The notes beneath the pieces are model-generated. The model worked only from the letters and a program-made list of their open reading frames with translations. It was not told the origin of the DNA and did not search any database. Made by a program: the position numbers and the translations under genes. A stretch of 64,000 nucleotides of DNA from Polaromonas sp. (GTDB lineage Bacteria > Pseudomonadota > Gammaproteobacteria > Burkholderiales > Burkholderiaceae_C): contig JBCKNJ010000001.1 in NCBI GenBank assembly GCA_038902795.1, forward strand, positions 24,412 to 88,411, in the 5' to 3' direction. This document shows, piece after piece, positions 45,792 through 57,192 of the stretch (position 1 is its first letter; each line of letters begins with the position of its first letter).

Positions 45792-46318
45792 GCGGCGGGC
45801 GCTGGAGGCAAGGTCATAGCCCGCGCAACGGCAGTTTGCTGCGCACGGAAAGCCTGCAATTTATCGGCCAGCGCCTTATCATGCAACGCCAGCATGGCAA
45901 CTGCAAAGAGCGCGGCATTGGCGGCACCTGCATGGCCAATCGCAAACGTAGCCACAGGCACACCCTTAGGCATTTGCACCATGCTGTGCAGCGAGTCAAC
46001 ACCCTGCAAATGCTTGCTGACTACCGGCACGCCCAACACGGGCAGCCTAGTTTTGGCGGCTATCATGCCTGGCAAATGCGCCGCGCCACTAGCCCCGGCA
46101 ATGATGGCCTGCAGGCCGCGCGCCTGGGCTTGTTCTGCGTAGGCAAAAAGCTCGTCGGGCATACGGTGCGCAGACACCACTTTGGCCTCATGCGCCACGC
46201 CGAATTGCGTGAGGATGTCAACCGCGTGCTGCATGGTCTCCCAGTCGCTGCTTGATCCCATGACAACACCCACCAGCACTTTGCGGTCGGTCGTATTCTG
46301 AAGGCTTTTTATGGGCAT
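45788..46318 (-). CDS. purE: N5-CAIR mutase (mirror copy)
   Basis: Identical protein to 3677..4207. Confidence 0.95.
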   Translation of the reverse strand: MPIKSLQNTTDRKVLVGVVMGSSSDWETMQHAVDILTQFGVAHEAKVVSAHRMPDELFAYAEQAQARGLQAIIAGASGAAHLPGMIAAKTRLPVLGVPVVSKHLQGVDSLHSMVQMPKGVPVATFAIGHAGAANAALFAVAMLALHDKALADKLQAFRAQQTAVARAMTLPPAPAA

Positions 46319-46458
46319 GATTGGGCTTTGGGGGTTGCAGGCAAAGGCTGAACCCCCGATTTTACGGGGTCTGTGCTGCGCCCGGGCTTGAGGCTGGGAA
46401 CGGCATGCTACCCTCCCCTCGGTTAATTTTTTTTTGCTATCCCTATTTTTCAAAAATC

Positions 46459-47355
46459 ATGATCGATGTCACCATTGCCAATTTTGAAGAGGAAGTCATT
46501 GAGGCTTCCAAAACCGTCCCTGTACTGATTGACTTCTGGGCACCGTGGTGCGGGCCCTGCAAGTCACTCGGACCGATTCTTGAGAAGGTGGAAGTCGCCT
46601 ATGGCGGGCGCTTCAAGCTGGTCAAGATCGACTCTGACCAGGAGCAGCAGCTGGCTGCCGCTTTCGGCGTGCGCAGCATTCCGACCTGCATGCTGATGGT
46701 GAACGGCCAGCCAGTTGATGGTTTTACCGGCGCGCTGCCTGAAGGCAAGGTCAAGGAGTTTCTGGACCAGCACCTGCCGCCTGCCGACAAGCCACCGGAG
46801 GAAGAAGAACCGCTTGAAGAAGCGGACACCTCACCAGAAGCCGCGCTTAAAAAGCTGCAAGCTGATGTCGCCAACGACCCCAGCAGCGAGAGCGCACGTT
46901 TTGAGCTGGTCAAGCAATTGCTGTTGAACGGCAGTATGGATGATGCCAAGGTCGCGTTTGCGCCCATCATCGCGCAGACGGCTGCAGTGCGCAGATTTGA
47001 TTCGCTCAAGCGCTGGATGGATGCTATTGATTTTGTGGCGGTCAGTGCCCATGACGATGAAGCGCAAACCCGGTTTGATGCAAAAATTGCGGCTAACAAA
47101 CGTGACTTTGAGGCCCGTTTTGACAAGGCCCGCCTGTTTTTGGCAACCCAGCGTTGGATCGACGCACTGGATGAATTGCTGGAGATTCTGATGCGCGACA
47201 AGGCCTGGGCCGATGACCTCGCCCGTAAAACCTATATCGCCGTGCTGGACATCATGGAAACACCCAAACCCAAAGTCGCCGATGGGCAGATTACACCGGA
47301 TGACCCGACGGTTGCCACCTACAGGCGGCGACTGAGCAGCGTGATTTTGAGCTAG
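46459..47355 (+). CDS. ybbN: YbbN/CnoX family co-chaperone (mirror copy)
   Basis: Identical protein to 2640..3536. Confidence 0.88.
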   Translation: MIDVTIANFEEEVIEASKTVPVLIDFWAPWCGPCKSLGPILEKVEVAYGGRFKLVKIDSDQEQQLAAAFGVRSIPTCMLMVNGQPVDGFTGALPEGKVKEFLDQHLPPADKPPEEEEPLEEADTSPEAALKKLQADVANDPSSESARFELVKQLLLNGSMDDAKVAFAPIIAQTAAVRRFDSLKRWMDAIDFVAVSAHDDEAQTRFDAKIAANKRDFEARFDKARLFLATQRWIDALDELLEILMRDKAWADDLARKTYIAVLDIMETPKPKVADGQITPDDPTVATYRRRLSSVILS

Positions 47356-47368
47356 GCAAAGCAGCCGC

Positions 47369-48301
47369 TCAACCCGTCAGCCGCGTCAAAGCCTCCTGGT
47401 ACTTAGCCGCAGTCTTGGCAATCACATCGGCTGGCAGATGCGGTGATGGCGGGGTTTTGTCCCAGGGTTTGCCGTTGATGCGCACGGCTTCCAGCCAGTC
47501 GCGCACAAACTGTTTGTCGTAGCTCGGCGGGTTCAGGCCCGCTGCAAAAGCGGCTTCGTAACCTTCGATCGGCCAGTAGCGTGATGAGTCAGGCGTTAGC
47601 ACCTCGTCCATCAGCGTGAGTGTGCCGTTTTCATCGAGGCCAAACTCGAACTTGGTATCGGCAATGATGATGCCTTTGGTCAGCGCAAACGCGGCGGCTT
47701 CTTGGTAAATTTGAATGCTGATTTTTTTGATTTGCGCGGCCAAGTCAGCGCCCACTACTTTCACGACCTGCTCGTAGCTGATGTTTTCGTCGTGCTCGCC
47801 GACTGCGGCCTTGGCTGCGGGCGTGAAGATGGGCTCTGGCAGCTTGCTGGCGTTCTTCAACCCGGCAGGCAATGCAACGCCGCAGACGGCCTGACTGTCC
47901 TGGTATTCCTTCCAGCCACTGCCAGCAAGGTAGCCACGCACCACGGCTTCAATGGGCAGTGGTTTGAGGCGCTTGACCAGCATGGAGCGATGGGTGACTT
48001 GCGGCACTTCGGCTGGCGTGACCACGCTTTCAGGCGCTTCGCCTGTGAGGTGATTGGGGCAGATATGGCCGAGTCTGGCAAACCAGAACAACGCCATCTG
48101 CGTCAGCAGTGCGCCCTTGCCGGGGATGGGTTCGCCGAGGATGACATCAAACGCGCTCAGGCGGTCGCTGGCAACCATCAGCAGGCGGTTGTTGCCCACG
48201 ACGTAGTTGTCGCGCACCTTGCCACGGGCTAGCAGTGCAAGGCTGGTGATGGAGGAGGTGTGAAGCGTTGTAAGGGTTGAATCGGTTGAAGCGGTGCTCA
48301 T
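47369..48301 (-). CDS. purC: SAICAR synthetase (mirror copy)
   Basis: Identical protein to 1694..2626. Confidence 0.96.
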   Translation of the reverse strand: MSTASTDSTLTTLHTSSITSLALLARGKVRDNYVVGNNRLLMVASDRLSAFDVILGEPIPGKGALLTQMALFWFARLGHICPNHLTGEAPESVVTPAEVPQVTHRSMLVKRLKPLPIEAVVRGYLAGSGWKEYQDSQAVCGVALPAGLKNASKLPEPIFTPAAKAAVGEHDENISYEQVVKVVGADLAAQIKKISIQIYQEAAAFALTKGIIIADTKFEFGLDENGTLTLMDEVLTPDSSRYWPIEGYEAAFAAGLNPPSYDKQFVRDWLEAVRINGKPWDKTPPSPHLPADVIAKTAAKYQEALTRLTG

Positions 48302-48361
48302 AGCATTTCAATCTATGGAGGCTATGGAGGCCATCGCGTCAAAATACCCCAAGCAACGGGT

Positions 48362-49426
48362 TTAATGCACCACTTGCGCCAGCTCACCACTGGCATATTT
48401 GGCGGCTACAACTTGCAGTGTGTCGCCCTTGATCTTCGCGCCCTGGCCTTCGCAGCCGAACTCGATGTAGCGCTGCTTGCACAGTGCTTTGGCGGCCTCA
48501 CGGGCTGGTTTGAGCCATTCGCGTGCGTCAAACTTTTCAGGATTTTCAAAGAGGAACTTGCGCACCGCGCCAGTCATCGCCAGGCGGACGTCGGTGTCGA
48601 TGTTGATCTTACGCACGCCGTGTTTGATGGCCTCTTGAATTTCTTCAACCGGTACACCGTAAGTTTCTTTCATTTGGCCACCGTACTGGCGGATGATGTC
48701 CAGCATGTCTTGCGGTACGGACGACGAGCCATGCATCACCAGATGCGTGCTCGGAATGCGCCGGTGGATTTCCTTGATAAGGTCAATCGCCAAAATATCG
48801 CCAGTGGGCTTGCGGGTGAACTTGTATGCGCCGTGGCTGGTGCCAATGGCGATGGCCAGTGCGTCAATTTGCGTCTGCTTGACAAAATCAGCGGCCTGCT
48901 CGGGGTCGGTCAGCAGTTGCTCACGCGTCATGGTTGCCTCGGTGCCGTGGCCGTCTTCCTTGTCGCCCCTCATAGTCTCCAGGCTGCCGAGGCAGCCGAG
49001 TTCGCCTTCAACCGTTACGCCCAGCTTGTGCGCCATGCTGGATACTTTTTTCGTCACCTCAACGTTGTACTCATAGCTGGCAATGGTTTTACCGTCGCCT
49101 TCAAGAGAGCCGTCCATCATCACCGACGAAAAGCCGAGATTGATAGCGCTCTGGCACACGTCAGGGTTTTGGCCGTGGTCCTGGTGCATGACCAGCGGAA
49201 TGCTCGGGTACATCTCAATCGCGGCCTGTAACAGGTGCTTGATGAAGGCCTCGCCTGCATATTTACGTGCGCCGGCACTGGCTTGCAGGATGACCGGGGC
49301 ACCGGTTTCTTTGGCCGCTTCCATCACGGCTTGTACCTGCTCAAGATTGTTGACATTAAAAGCCGGAATGCCGTAGCCGTTGACTGCCGCATGATCCAGC
49401 AGCTCGCGCATTGAAACAAGAGCCAT
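48362..49426 (-). CDS. fba: Fructose-bisphosphate aldolase class II (mirror copy)
   Basis: Identical protein to 569..1633. Confidence 0.96.
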   Translation of the reverse strand: MALVSMRELLDHAAVNGYGIPAFNVNNLEQVQAVMEAAKETGAPVILQASAGARKYAGEAFIKHLLQAAIEMYPSIPLVMHQDHGQNPDVCQSAINLGFSSVMMDGSLEGDGKTIASYEYNVEVTKKVSSMAHKLGVTVEGELGCLGSLETMRGDKEDGHGTEATMTREQLLTDPEQAADFVKQTQIDALAIAIGTSHGAYKFTRKPTGDILAIDLIKEIHRRIPSTHLVMHGSSSVPQDMLDIIRQYGGQMKETYGVPVEEIQEAIKHGVRKINIDTDVRLAMTGAVRKFLFENPEKFDAREWLKPAREAAKALCKQRYIEFGCEGQGAKIKGDTLQVVAAKYASGELAQVVH

Positions 49427-49499
49427 GATGGTGTCCTTGAAAAGTTGGTAACCCGTTGGTAACTTGTACCGACCAGCGCAGCGGTGGAGCGTGGGGGCC

Positions 49500-50933
49500 C
49501 TATTCTACCCGGCAAATTTTGAGCATATTCGTTCCACCCGGCGCGCCCATCGGCTCGCCGCAGGTAATCGCGTACACGTCGCCACTCTGCACAATCTGGC
49601 GACTCAGCAAATGGCCTTCTGCCTGGCGCAGAGCGGTGTCGCGGTCAACGCTGGTGTCCATCAGCAAAGGGCGAACGTTGCGGTAGATGGCCATCTTGCG
49701 CTGGGTGGCCAGGTGCGGTGTCAGCGCGTAAATGGGAATGCGGATGTCGTGGCGGCTCATCCACAACGGGGTGGAGCCGCTGTCGGTCAGCGCCACGATG
49801 GCCTTGGCCCCCAGGTGGCTGGCAGTGAACAGCGCGCCCATGGCGATGGACTGGTCAATGCGGGCAAAGGTCTTGCCGCTGAAGTCCGATTCGATTTCCT
49901 TGTACTCGGTTTTTTCGGCTTCGAGGCAGATCTTGGCCATCTCCTCGACCGTTTCCAGCGGGTACTTGCCTACGGCTGTTTCGGCACTGAGCATCACGGC
50001 ATCGGTGCCATCGAGCACCGCGTTGGCCACATCACTGACCTCGGCGCGCGTGGGCACCGGGTTCAAAATCATGCTTTCCATCATCTGCGTGGCGGTGATG
50101 ACAAACTTATCTTGTGCACGCGCCATTTTGATCATGCGTTTTTGCAGCGCTGGAACGGCCGCGTAGCCAACTTCAACCGCCAGGTCGCCACGCGCCACCA
50201 TGATGCCGTCGCTGACACGCAAAATTTCTTCAAGATTGGGAATCGCCTCGGCGCGTTCTATCTTGGCTATCAGCCCCGGCTTGTGTTTGTACTGGCTTCC
50301 TGCCACATTGCAAAGCTGGCGCGCCATTTCCATGTCGGTCGCATTTTTCGGAAAGCTCACCGCCACGTAGTCAGCCTGAAAACTCATCGCGGTCTTGATG
50401 TCTTCCATATCCTTGGCCGTCAGCGCAGGCGCGGTCAGGCCACCGCCCTGCTTGTTGATACCCTTGTTGTTTGACAGCACGCCGCCCAGCTTGACGGTGG
50501 TGATGACCTCTTCGCCCAGAACGGCATCGACCGTCAGCACAATCAGACCATCGTTGAGCAACAGCACATCACCGGCCTTCACATCGCGCGGCAACTTTTT
50601 ATAGTCAAGCCCGACACCTTTGATGTCACCTGGCTCAGTACGCGATGCGTCGAGTACAAATTTTTCGCCCCGCACCAATTGCACTTTGCCTTCGGCGAAT
50701 TTGCCGACGCGGATTTTCGGACCTTGCAGGTCAGCCATGATGGCCACTTCGCGCCCGGCACGCTGCGAGGCTTCGCGCACCACCGCTGCCAGGTTGATGT
50801 GGTCTTGCGCCTTGCCGTGGCTGAAGTTCAGACGAACCACGTTCACGCCAGCGCGAATCATTTTCTCTAACAGGGCCGGGTCGCTGGAAGCGGGGCCGAG
50901 GGTGGCAACAATTTTGGTGGCGCGACGTGGCAT
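49500..50933 (-). CDS. pyk: Pyruvate kinase (complete)
   Basis: [49 protein letters not shown]; GGAG RBS before ATG 50933. Confidence 0.97.
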   Translation of the reverse strand: MPRRATKIVATLGPASSDPALLEKMIRAGVNVVRLNFSHGKAQDHINLAAVVREASQRAGREVAIMADLQGPKIRVGKFAEGKVQLVRGEKFVLDASRTEPGDIKGVGLDYKKLPRDVKAGDVLLLNDGLIVLTVDAVLGEEVITTVKLGGVLSNNKGINKQGGGLTAPALTAKDMEDIKTAMSFQADYVAVSFPKNATDMEMARQLCNVAGSQYKHKPGLIAKIERAEAIPNLEEILRVSDGIMVARGDLAVEVGYAAVPALQKRMIKMARAQDKFVITATQMMESMILNPVPTRAEVSDVANAVLDGTDAVMLSAETAVGKYPLETVEEMAKICLEAEKTEYKEIESDFSGKTFARIDQSIAMGALFTASHLGAKAIVALTDSGSTPLWMSRHDIRIPIYALTPHLATQRKMAIYRNVRPLLMDTSVDRDTALRQAEGHLLSRQIVQSGDVYAITCGEPMGAPGGTNMLKICRVE

Positions 50934-50975
50934 GCAAAGTCTCCGTTGTGTTTGTCTGTTGATTTTCACACGGAA

Positions 50976-51003
50976 GAGAATTGGGATCTGACCCTAATTG
51001 TTC
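50976..51003. repeat. Mini family C hairpin between dioxygenase gene and pyk
   Basis: GAGAATTGGGATCTGACCCTAATTGTTC. Confidence 0.65.
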
Positions 51004-51007
51004 ACGT

Positions 51008-51661
51008 TCAGGCGTCGACCACGATGGGAAAGCTGGCCCGCAGGCCGTCGCTGCCTGGCGTAAACGGCACGGTCAGGGCCGCCCGGTCGGCCTCGTTCAG
51101 CCTGCGCCACAGAAAGTCGCGCGGATTGCCGGGGTCATCCGCGACATACAACTGGGTGGTCAGCAGCTCGTGCTGGCCCAGCCTGACCTTGACGTGAATA
51201 TGCGGCGTGCGGCTGCCGTACGCGGCCGGACGTATGGTGCGAAAGCGGTAGCGGCCGTCGGCGCCCACCGTCACGCGGCCAAAGCCCTGGAAGCGGCGGT
51301 CCGCCTTGTTGCCGTCACCGGGGTGGTGGTAGTAGCCGGCGTGATCGCATTGCCAGATCTCCACCTGGGCGCCGGCCAGGGGCTTGCCGACCAGGTCGCT
51401 CACGCTGCCTTCGACCCAGGCGCTTTGCCCTTGCGGATAACTCAGCGCGCCGTTGCGCAGCAAATCATGGTCACTGTCCTGGGGCAAGGCCACCGGGTAA
51501 AACGGGCCTTCGGTTTGCGCCGGTGTGGCGCGGCGGCCAGCGGCCGGCTGGGCGCGCGAACCGAACCACAGTGCGGGTGCGGCAACCAGGGCGGCTGTCA
51601 TGGTGCGGCGGCGGAACAGCCCGGGGGCCGTTGGGAAGGAAGAGGGCGGTGCAGGGTGCAT
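51008..51661 (-). CDS. Intradiol ring-cleavage dioxygenase-like protein with probable Tat signal
   Basis: QTEGPFYP, VEIWQCDHAGYY, TIRPAAYGSRTPHIH, LTTQLY; RRR + hydrophobic leader; GGAG RBS before ATG 51661. Confidence 0.88.
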   Translation of the reverse strand: MHPAPPSSFPTAPGLFRRRTMTAALVAAPALWFGSRAQPAAGRRATPAQTEGPFYPVALPQDSDHDLLRNGALSYPQGQSAWVEGSVSDLVGKPLAGAQVEIWQCDHAGYYHHPGDGNKADRRFQGFGRVTVGADGRYRFRTIRPAAYGSRTPHIHVKVRLGQHELLTTQLYVADDPGNPRDFLWRRLNEADRAALTVPFTPGSDGLRASFPIVVDA

Positions 51662-51690
51662 GAGTGGTCTCCGTTGGTTTTCATAAAAAG

Positions 51691-51711
51691 AATTGGGGTC
51701 AGACTCCAATT
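51691..51711. repeat. Mini family C hairpin between pgk and dioxygenase gene
   Basis: AATTGGGGTCAGACTCCAATT. Confidence 0.65.
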
Positions 51712-51738
51712 GGATCGCTAAATTAATGGCGTTTTGAT

Positions 51739-52932
51739 TTAACCCGCAGCGCGTTTTTGCAAAATTTCAAAGGCTGGCAAGGTCTTGCCCTCCAGCACTT
51801 CGAGAAAAGCGCCGCCACCCGTCGATATGTAATCGACCTGCTTTTCAATGCCGTATTTGGCAATCGCTGCAACGGTGTCGCCACCGCCCGCAATTGAAAA
51901 CGCACTGCTCGCCGCGATGGCGCGGGCAATGCCCTCGGTGCCGTGCGAGAAGGCTTCAAACTCGAACACACCGACTGGGCCGTTCCAGACAATCGTGCCA
52001 GCGGCCATCAGCTGCGCTGCGAGTTGCGCGGTGGTTTTGGGGCCGATGTCGAGGATGAGGTCGTCATCAGCTACATCGGTTGCGGCTTTGGTAGTAGCCA
52101 CAGCATCAGCCGCAAAAGTTTTGGCGGTGACAACATCAACCGGGATGGGTACTGCCGCGCCACGCGCCTTCATCGCCGCAATCACCGCTGTGGCCTCGGG
52201 CAGCAAATCACGTTCGGCCAGGCTTTTGCCGATGTTCAAACCCGCTGCCAGCATGAAGGTGTTGGCAATGCCGCCACCCACAATCAGCTGGTCAACATTG
52301 CCAGCCAGGGCTTTCAGTATCGTCAGCTTGGTAGACACCTTGCTGCCGGCCACAATCGCCACCAGCGGGCGGCGCGGGTGGCTCAAGGCTTTTGAAATCG
52401 CGTCCATCTCGGCAGTCAGCAGCGGCCCGGCACTGGCGACTTTGGCGAACTGCGCAATGCCATAGGTTGAGGCTTCGGCGCGGTGCGCGATGCCAAACGC
52501 ATCATGCACAAAAATATCACATAGCGCCGCCAATTTACGCGCCAGCACCGCGTCGTTTTTCTTCTCGCCCTTGTTGATACGGCAGTTCTCTAACAGCACG
52601 ACATCGCCGGGTTTGACATCCACGCCATCGACCCAGTTTGAGCGCAGCGGCACGTCACGCTGCATCAATTCAGACAGGCGCTTGGCGACGGGTGCCAGTG
52701 AATCTTCAGGTTTGAACTGCTCTTCAACAGGCCGTCCAAGATGGGACGTGACCATGACCGCTGCGCCCACATCAAGCGCCATCTGTATGCAGGGAATCGA
52801 GGCGCGGATGCGCGTGTCTTCGGTGATGTTGCCTTGCTCGTCTTGCGGCACATTGAGGTCGGCGCGAATAAAAACGCGCTTGCCAGCCACTTGGCCACTG
52901 GCGCACAAATCAGAAAAGCGGATGAAGTTCAT
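51739..52932 (-). CDS. pgk: Phosphoglycerate kinase
   Basis: [45 protein letters not shown]. Confidence 0.97.
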   Translation of the reverse strand: MNFIRFSDLCASGQVAGKRVFIRADLNVPQDEQGNITEDTRIRASIPCIQMALDVGAAVMVTSHLGRPVEEQFKPEDSLAPVAKRLSELMQRDVPLRSNWVDGVDVKPGDVVLLENCRINKGEKKNDAVLARKLAALCDIFVHDAFGIAHRAEASTYGIAQFAKVASAGPLLTAEMDAISKALSHPRRPLVAIVAGSKVSTKLTILKALAGNVDQLIVGGGIANTFMLAAGLNIGKSLAERDLLPEATAVIAAMKARGAAVPIPVDVVTAKTFAADAVATTKAATDVADDDLILDIGPKTTAQLAAQLMAAGTIVWNGPVGVFEFEAFSHGTEGIARAIAASSAFSIAGGGDTVAAIAKYGIEKQVDYISTGGGAFLEVLEGKTLPAFEILQKRAAG

Positions 52933-53012
52933 GAGAGGGTGGATGCGTTAAATCACGCAGGCTAAAAGCACAAATTGTAGGTGGCGGGTTTTATCAAGCC
53001 GGGGCAACACAT

Positions 53013-53348
53013 CTACCAGCCAAGGCTCAGGTGCAGCGGCAAGTACACAGTCATACCCGCAATGATGGTGCCGAGCACACCCTTGCGCCAGTAAAACCAA
53101 AGCACGCCTGTAGCCACGGCAAACAGCCGTGCGTCTTTCCAGCTGTCAATCAGATGGCCCTGGGTCATCACGATTTCAGGGATGATGACTGCCGACAGCG
53201 CGGCAATCGGGGCATAGTGCAGGCCGCGCTGCGCCCAGGCGGGCAGCTTCCAGGGTTTGCTGGAGATGTAAAAAAAAGAGCGCGTGATGACCGTAACGCA
53301 GGCCATGCCGATGATGGTGGCGATAGTCCACAAGTCGGTGCCGTTCAT
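53013..53348 (-). CDS. azlD: AzlD-domain branched-chain amino acid exporter small subunit
   Basis: 111-aa membrane protein, LP.W..RGLHYAPIAAL; overlaps azlC stop. Confidence 0.8.
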   Translation of the reverse strand: MNGTDLWTIATIIGMACVTVITRSFFYISSKPWKLPAWAQRGLHYAPIAALSAVIIPEIVMTQGHLIDSWKDARLFAVATGVLWFYWRKGVLGTIIAGMTVYLPLHLSLGW

Positions 53349-54073
53349 GGCTGCGCTCTCGGTCTGGGCTTTTCAAGCAACAAGCACAGCGCAACCGCAG
53401 AAGCGATGGCGACCAGGATATTAAGCTGGAGTGGCAGCGCAAAAGCCGCGACTGCGGCAGCACCCGCTACGCCACCAGACACCATGCGCAGGTGCGTCGT
53501 TGCCAGCGAACAAAGTATGCCGACCAGCGCCAGAATGCCGGCAAAACCAAGACCCCATGACAGCGGGATCGAGTTGGCAAGCGCAATACCGACCAGGCCC
53601 ATGCCCACCCATGACGCCCAGTTGAGCACGCCATTGCCCAGAGCGTAAGCCTCTTGCGCCTGCCGCGTGGCATCGTCTTCACTTGGGTGCGGAAAGCGCG
53701 TTGTAAACAACACATAGCTCAGATCCATCATCAGGTAGCCGCCCAAAAGCCGCCGCCACAAAGGCAGGTGCATGACATAGGGCCGTATGTGGGCACTAAA
53801 AACAACAAAGCGCAGGTTGACGCAAAACGCGGTTGCCAGAATCACCCACATGGGCGCGCCGGCAGCAATCAGCGGCATGGCAGCCAGTTGCGAGCTGCCG
53901 GCAAAAACCAGTACTGCCATGAGCGTGGCTTCAAGCGTACTCAAGCCCGACTTGACCATGGCCACGCCCGTCATCAAGCCCCAGGCCGCAATGCCTGGCG
54001 AGACCTGGGCACCGTCAAACATGCCACGGCGAAACTCAGGGTGCTTGAAGAGGGCGCGCACGGGCAACTTCAA
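53345..54073 (-). CDS. azlC: AzlC family permease
   Basis: [15 protein letters not shown] motifs; multi-TM. Confidence 0.87.
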   Translation of the reverse strand: MKLPVRALFKHPEFRRGMFDGAQVSPGIAAWGLMTGVAMVKSGLSTLEATLMAVLVFAGSSQLAAMPLIAAGAPMWVILATAFCVNLRFVVFSAHIRPYVMHLPLWRRLLGGYLMMDLSYVLFTTRFPHPSEDDATRQAQEAYALGNGVLNWASWVGMGLVGIALANSIPLSWGLGFAGILALVGILCSLATTHLRMVSGGVAGAAAVAAFALPLQLNILVAIASAVALCLLLEKPRPRAQP

Positions 54074-55074
54074 TCGTTTTTTGCAGAACCGCCAGCAGGC
54101 GCAGCAGCGCCAAACATCATGCCGGGCCGCAGCGTAAAGCCGCGCAAAAAGTCGGCGACATTCATCGCCTTGCCGCCTGATTTTTGAAGCTGCGTCAGCC
54201 TAATAATCCCACTGCCGGTTGCAATGTCAACACCGGCTGCGCTGGCCGCCAGCACCTGGCCAGGGCTTGACGCCATCGGTGCAGCTTGCAGCAGTGCAGT
54301 CGCTTCGTGCAGCTTGATGACCGCATCGCCCAGCGTGCTGCTGGCTATGGGGAAGGGCTTGAAAGCCCGTATGCGCCTGGCAATGACTGCGGCGGTTTGT
54401 GACCAGTCGATGGGGGCTTCATGTTTTTCGATTTTGTGGGCGTAGGTGATGCCCTCAAGCGCTTGCGGCTGGGGGCGCAAACCGCTTTCACCCCCACGGG
54501 CCGCCAGCTCCAGCGCTTCAACAATCAAACGCCCGCCGAGTGCAGCTACTTTGTCATGCAGCGATTCTGTGGAATCTGTTGCATCAATGGCCAAGCGTTC
54601 CACCAGCAGCATGTCGCCCGTGTCCAGCCCTGCGTCCATCTGCATGATGGTGATGCCGGTCTGCGCATCGCCCGCTTCAATGGCCCGGTGAATCGGCGCT
54701 GCACCACGCCAGCGTGGCAACAAAGAAGCATGAATATTGAGGCAACCTTTTTCAGGTAAATCCAATACCCACTGCGGCAAGATCAAACCGTAAGCCGCAA
54801 CCACCATCACATCAGCCCGCGCAGCCTCCATTGCTGTTTTTGCAGCCGCAGCGTCTTCAGGGTATTTACCATCGAGGCGCAGGCTTCGTGGTTGGGCGAC
54901 AAGCACGCCATGGCTTTGCGCCCACTGCTTGACGCTGGATGCCTGTAGCTTCATGCCGCGCCCGGCAGGCCGGTCGGGTTGGGTCAATACCAACGCGATT
55001 TCAAACCCTGCGGCGTGCAGGCGCTCTAGCGCAACGCGGGCAAACTCGGGCGTACCCGCAAAAATGACGCGCAT
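54070..55074 (-). CDS. fmt: Methionyl-tRNA formyltransferase
   Basis: [43 protein letters not shown]. Confidence 0.97.
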   Translation of the reverse strand: MRVIFAGTPEFARVALERLHAAGFEIALVLTQPDRPAGRGMKLQASSVKQWAQSHGVLVAQPRSLRLDGKYPEDAAAAKTAMEAARADVMVVAAYGLILPQWVLDLPEKGCLNIHASLLPRWRGAAPIHRAIEAGDAQTGITIMQMDAGLDTGDMLLVERLAIDATDSTESLHDKVAALGGRLIVEALELAARGGESGLRPQPQALEGITYAHKIEKHEAPIDWSQTAAVIARRIRAFKPFPIASSTLGDAVIKLHEATALLQAAPMASSPGQVLAASAAGVDIATGSGIIRLTQLQKSGGKAMNVADFLRGFTLRPGMMFGAAAPAGGSAKND

Positions 55075-55613
55075 CAGGTTAGTCTGGCCCTAGTCTTGGT
55101 CAGCTTTTCTTGGTCAGCTTTTTGCTCCTTGATCATTTTGGTCTTGATGCGGTTGCGTTTGAGGGGTGAGAGGTACTGCACAAACACCTTGCCCATCAAA
55201 TGGTCCATCTCATGCTGGATGCATGCGGCCAGCAGGCCCTTGGCATCATGGGTTTGCAGTTTGCCGTCCCGGTCCAGCGCTTGCACCTTCACCGCGCTGG
55301 AACGCTCCACCCCATCGTAAATACCGGGCACCGACAGACAGCCCTCGTCGTTAATCTGCGTCTCTGGGCTGGCCCAGGTGATTTCGGGATTAATCAGCAC
55401 CAGCAGCTGGTCGCGCTCCTGGCTCACGTCAATCACGATCAGGCGCTCATGCACATCCACCTGCGTTGCCGCCAGGCCTATGCCCTCGGCTTCGTACATG
55501 GTGTACAACATGTCATCGACCAGGGTTTGCAGGCGCGCATTAACCGCCGAAACGGGCTTGGCCACGGTGTGGAGGCGCGGGTCGGGGTAGCGAAGAATGG
55601 GCAGTAAGTTCAT
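55074..55613 (-). CDS. def: Peptide deformylase
   Basis: [20 protein letters not shown] motifs. Confidence 0.97.
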   Translation of the reverse strand: MNLLPILRYPDPRLHTVAKPVSAVNARLQTLVDDMLYTMYEAEGIGLAATQVDVHERLIVIDVSQERDQLLVLINPEITWASPETQINDEGCLSVPGIYDGVERSSAVKVQALDRDGKLQTHDAKGLLAACIQHEMDHLMGKVFVQYLSPLKRNRIKTKMIKEQKADQEKLTKTRARLT

Positions 55614-55740
55614 AAGTTGAGCCAGCAGGTGTCGCTATTTTCGCAAATTTTCAGGACTTTTCCGGATGCAAGGGCTTATCGAGGTGCATTTTCGTTGCTT
55701 AATCAAAGGTCTAGGTAGAAAATCGCCAGTAAATTATCAA

Positions 55741-55883
55741 GGGCACTTCTAGAAATTCAGATTTTCAGGATGAAGTGCTAGGCGGACGGAACGCAGCAAC
55801 CGGAACGTACTTCAGGTACGTGAGGATTGCGAGTACCGCCCAACGACGCAATTCGCCTGAAAAATGAATTTATAGAGGTGCCC
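55741..55883. mobile_element. Family A MITE with 7-bp flanking direct repeat
   Basis: GGGCACTTCTAGAAATTC...GAATTTATAGAGGTGCCC flanked on both sides by TTATCAA (55734..55740 and 55884..55890). Confidence 0.85.
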
Positions 55884-55919
55884 TTATCAAGATACAACAA
55901 GCCTAAAAAGACCCTCAAA

Positions 55920-57176
55920 ATGCAAATTATTTCTGCTCGAACGTCTGCTCAGTTGAGTGTAATATCAATAGCTGCGGGGTTTTTTGCCGCAACGCTGGCG
56001 GCAACACTCGGCACGGCATTTGACGCACATGCGCAAAACTTCCCCATCACTGCCAACCAAAGAGCCATTGCAAACCAGGTCGCACAAACCGGCATTCCGG
56101 TAAAAGACCTGCTGCCCAACGCACCCGACAGCTACGTCGTCAAGCGTGGCGACACCCTGTGGGCGATATCTAGCATGTTCCTCAAAAGCCCCTGGCACTG
56201 GCCCGAGCTGTGGGGCATGAACCTGCAAGACATTAAAAACCCGCACCGCATCTACCCCGGCCAGCAGCTTTACCTCGACAAATCCAATGGTCGGGCCACC
56301 TTGCGTTCCCGCCAGGCCGCCGCTGGCGACGGCCCGCCCACCGATACGGTCATCGTATCGCCCCGGATCCGTTCTGGAACACTCGCAGACGCGTCCATAC
56401 CGACGCTGGCATCCCATGTGATTGAGCCATTCCTGAACGAAGCCATCATCGTGGACGAAGCCGAATTCTTACGCGCGCCGCGCATCGTGGCGACGCAGGA
56501 AGGGCGCGTCCTGTTAAGCCGCGGCGACAGGGCTTACGCGCGCGGGCTATCCGGCAGCGCAAGCAGTGGCAAAGCCCTAAGCGATGCAAAAGGCGAGCCG
56601 TTCAAATACCGTATATTTCGCAACGCCACCCCCCTGAAAGACCCCACCACGCGCGCCATACTGGGTTATGAAGCCCAGTATGTCGGCAGGGCCGAACTGG
56701 TACGCGGCGAGTCAGTCCAGCAAGTCACCGCCAGAGACGGAAAAATAACCACCGAGATCGTGCCCGCCACGATTGACATTGTGTCGGCCAAGGAAGAAAT
56801 GCGTGTCGGTGACCGCCTGGTGGCCGAACCCGCCGCCATCTCGCAAAGTTACGTTCCTCGCGCACCCACGCTGCCCATTTCAGGCCAGATTGTGTCGGTG
56901 TACGGCAGCGCCGTCACTTACGCCGCAGAAAACCAGGTGGTAGTGGTTAACCGGGGCAGCAAGGACGGCCTGGAACGCGGCCACGTCATGGTCATTCTGA
57001 AAGACGGCCAGGTGCTGAATGACCGTACCGATTCAGCCCGCACGCAAATCAAGCTGCCGAACGAACGCAACGGCTTGCTGATGGTGTTTCGCACCTTTGA
57101 GAGTCTGTCTTACGCACTGGTTTTACAAATCACCGATGGCGTGAAGGTCGGCGACCGCTTCACCAACCCCAACTGA
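55920..57176 (+). CDS. LysM peptidoglycan-binding protein (TsaP-like)
   Basis: YVVKRGDTLWAIS..FLKSPW.WPELW..N..IKNPHRIYPGQ; def-divergent, upstream of dprA; start moved to ATG 55920 because the ORF-track start lies in the MITE. Confidence 0.9.
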   Translation: MQIISARTSAQLSVISIAAGFFAATLAATLGTAFDAHAQNFPITANQRAIANQVAQTGIPVKDLLPNAPDSYVVKRGDTLWAISSMFLKSPWHWPELWGMNLQDIKNPHRIYPGQQLYLDKSNGRATLRSRQAAAGDGPPTDTVIVSPRIRSGTLADASIPTLASHVIEPFLNEAIIVDEAEFLRAPRIVATQEGRVLLSRGDRAYARGLSGSASSGKALSDAKGEPFKYRIFRNATPLKDPTTRAILGYEAQYVGRAELVRGESVQQVTARDGKITTEIVPATIDIVSAKEEMRVGDRLVAEPAAISQSYVPRAPTLPISGQIVSVYGSAVTYAAENQVVVVNRGSKDGLERGHVMVILKDGQVLNDRTDSARTQIKLPNERNGLLMVFRTFESLSYALVLQITDGVKVGDRFTNPN

Positions 57177-57192
57177 CACGGCGCCAAGCACC

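Noticed and set aside
55956-55972. Additional GCTA-N9-TAGC sites in lysM and at 21899..21915
   Set aside because: Only the ATAGC half matches; too degenerate to count
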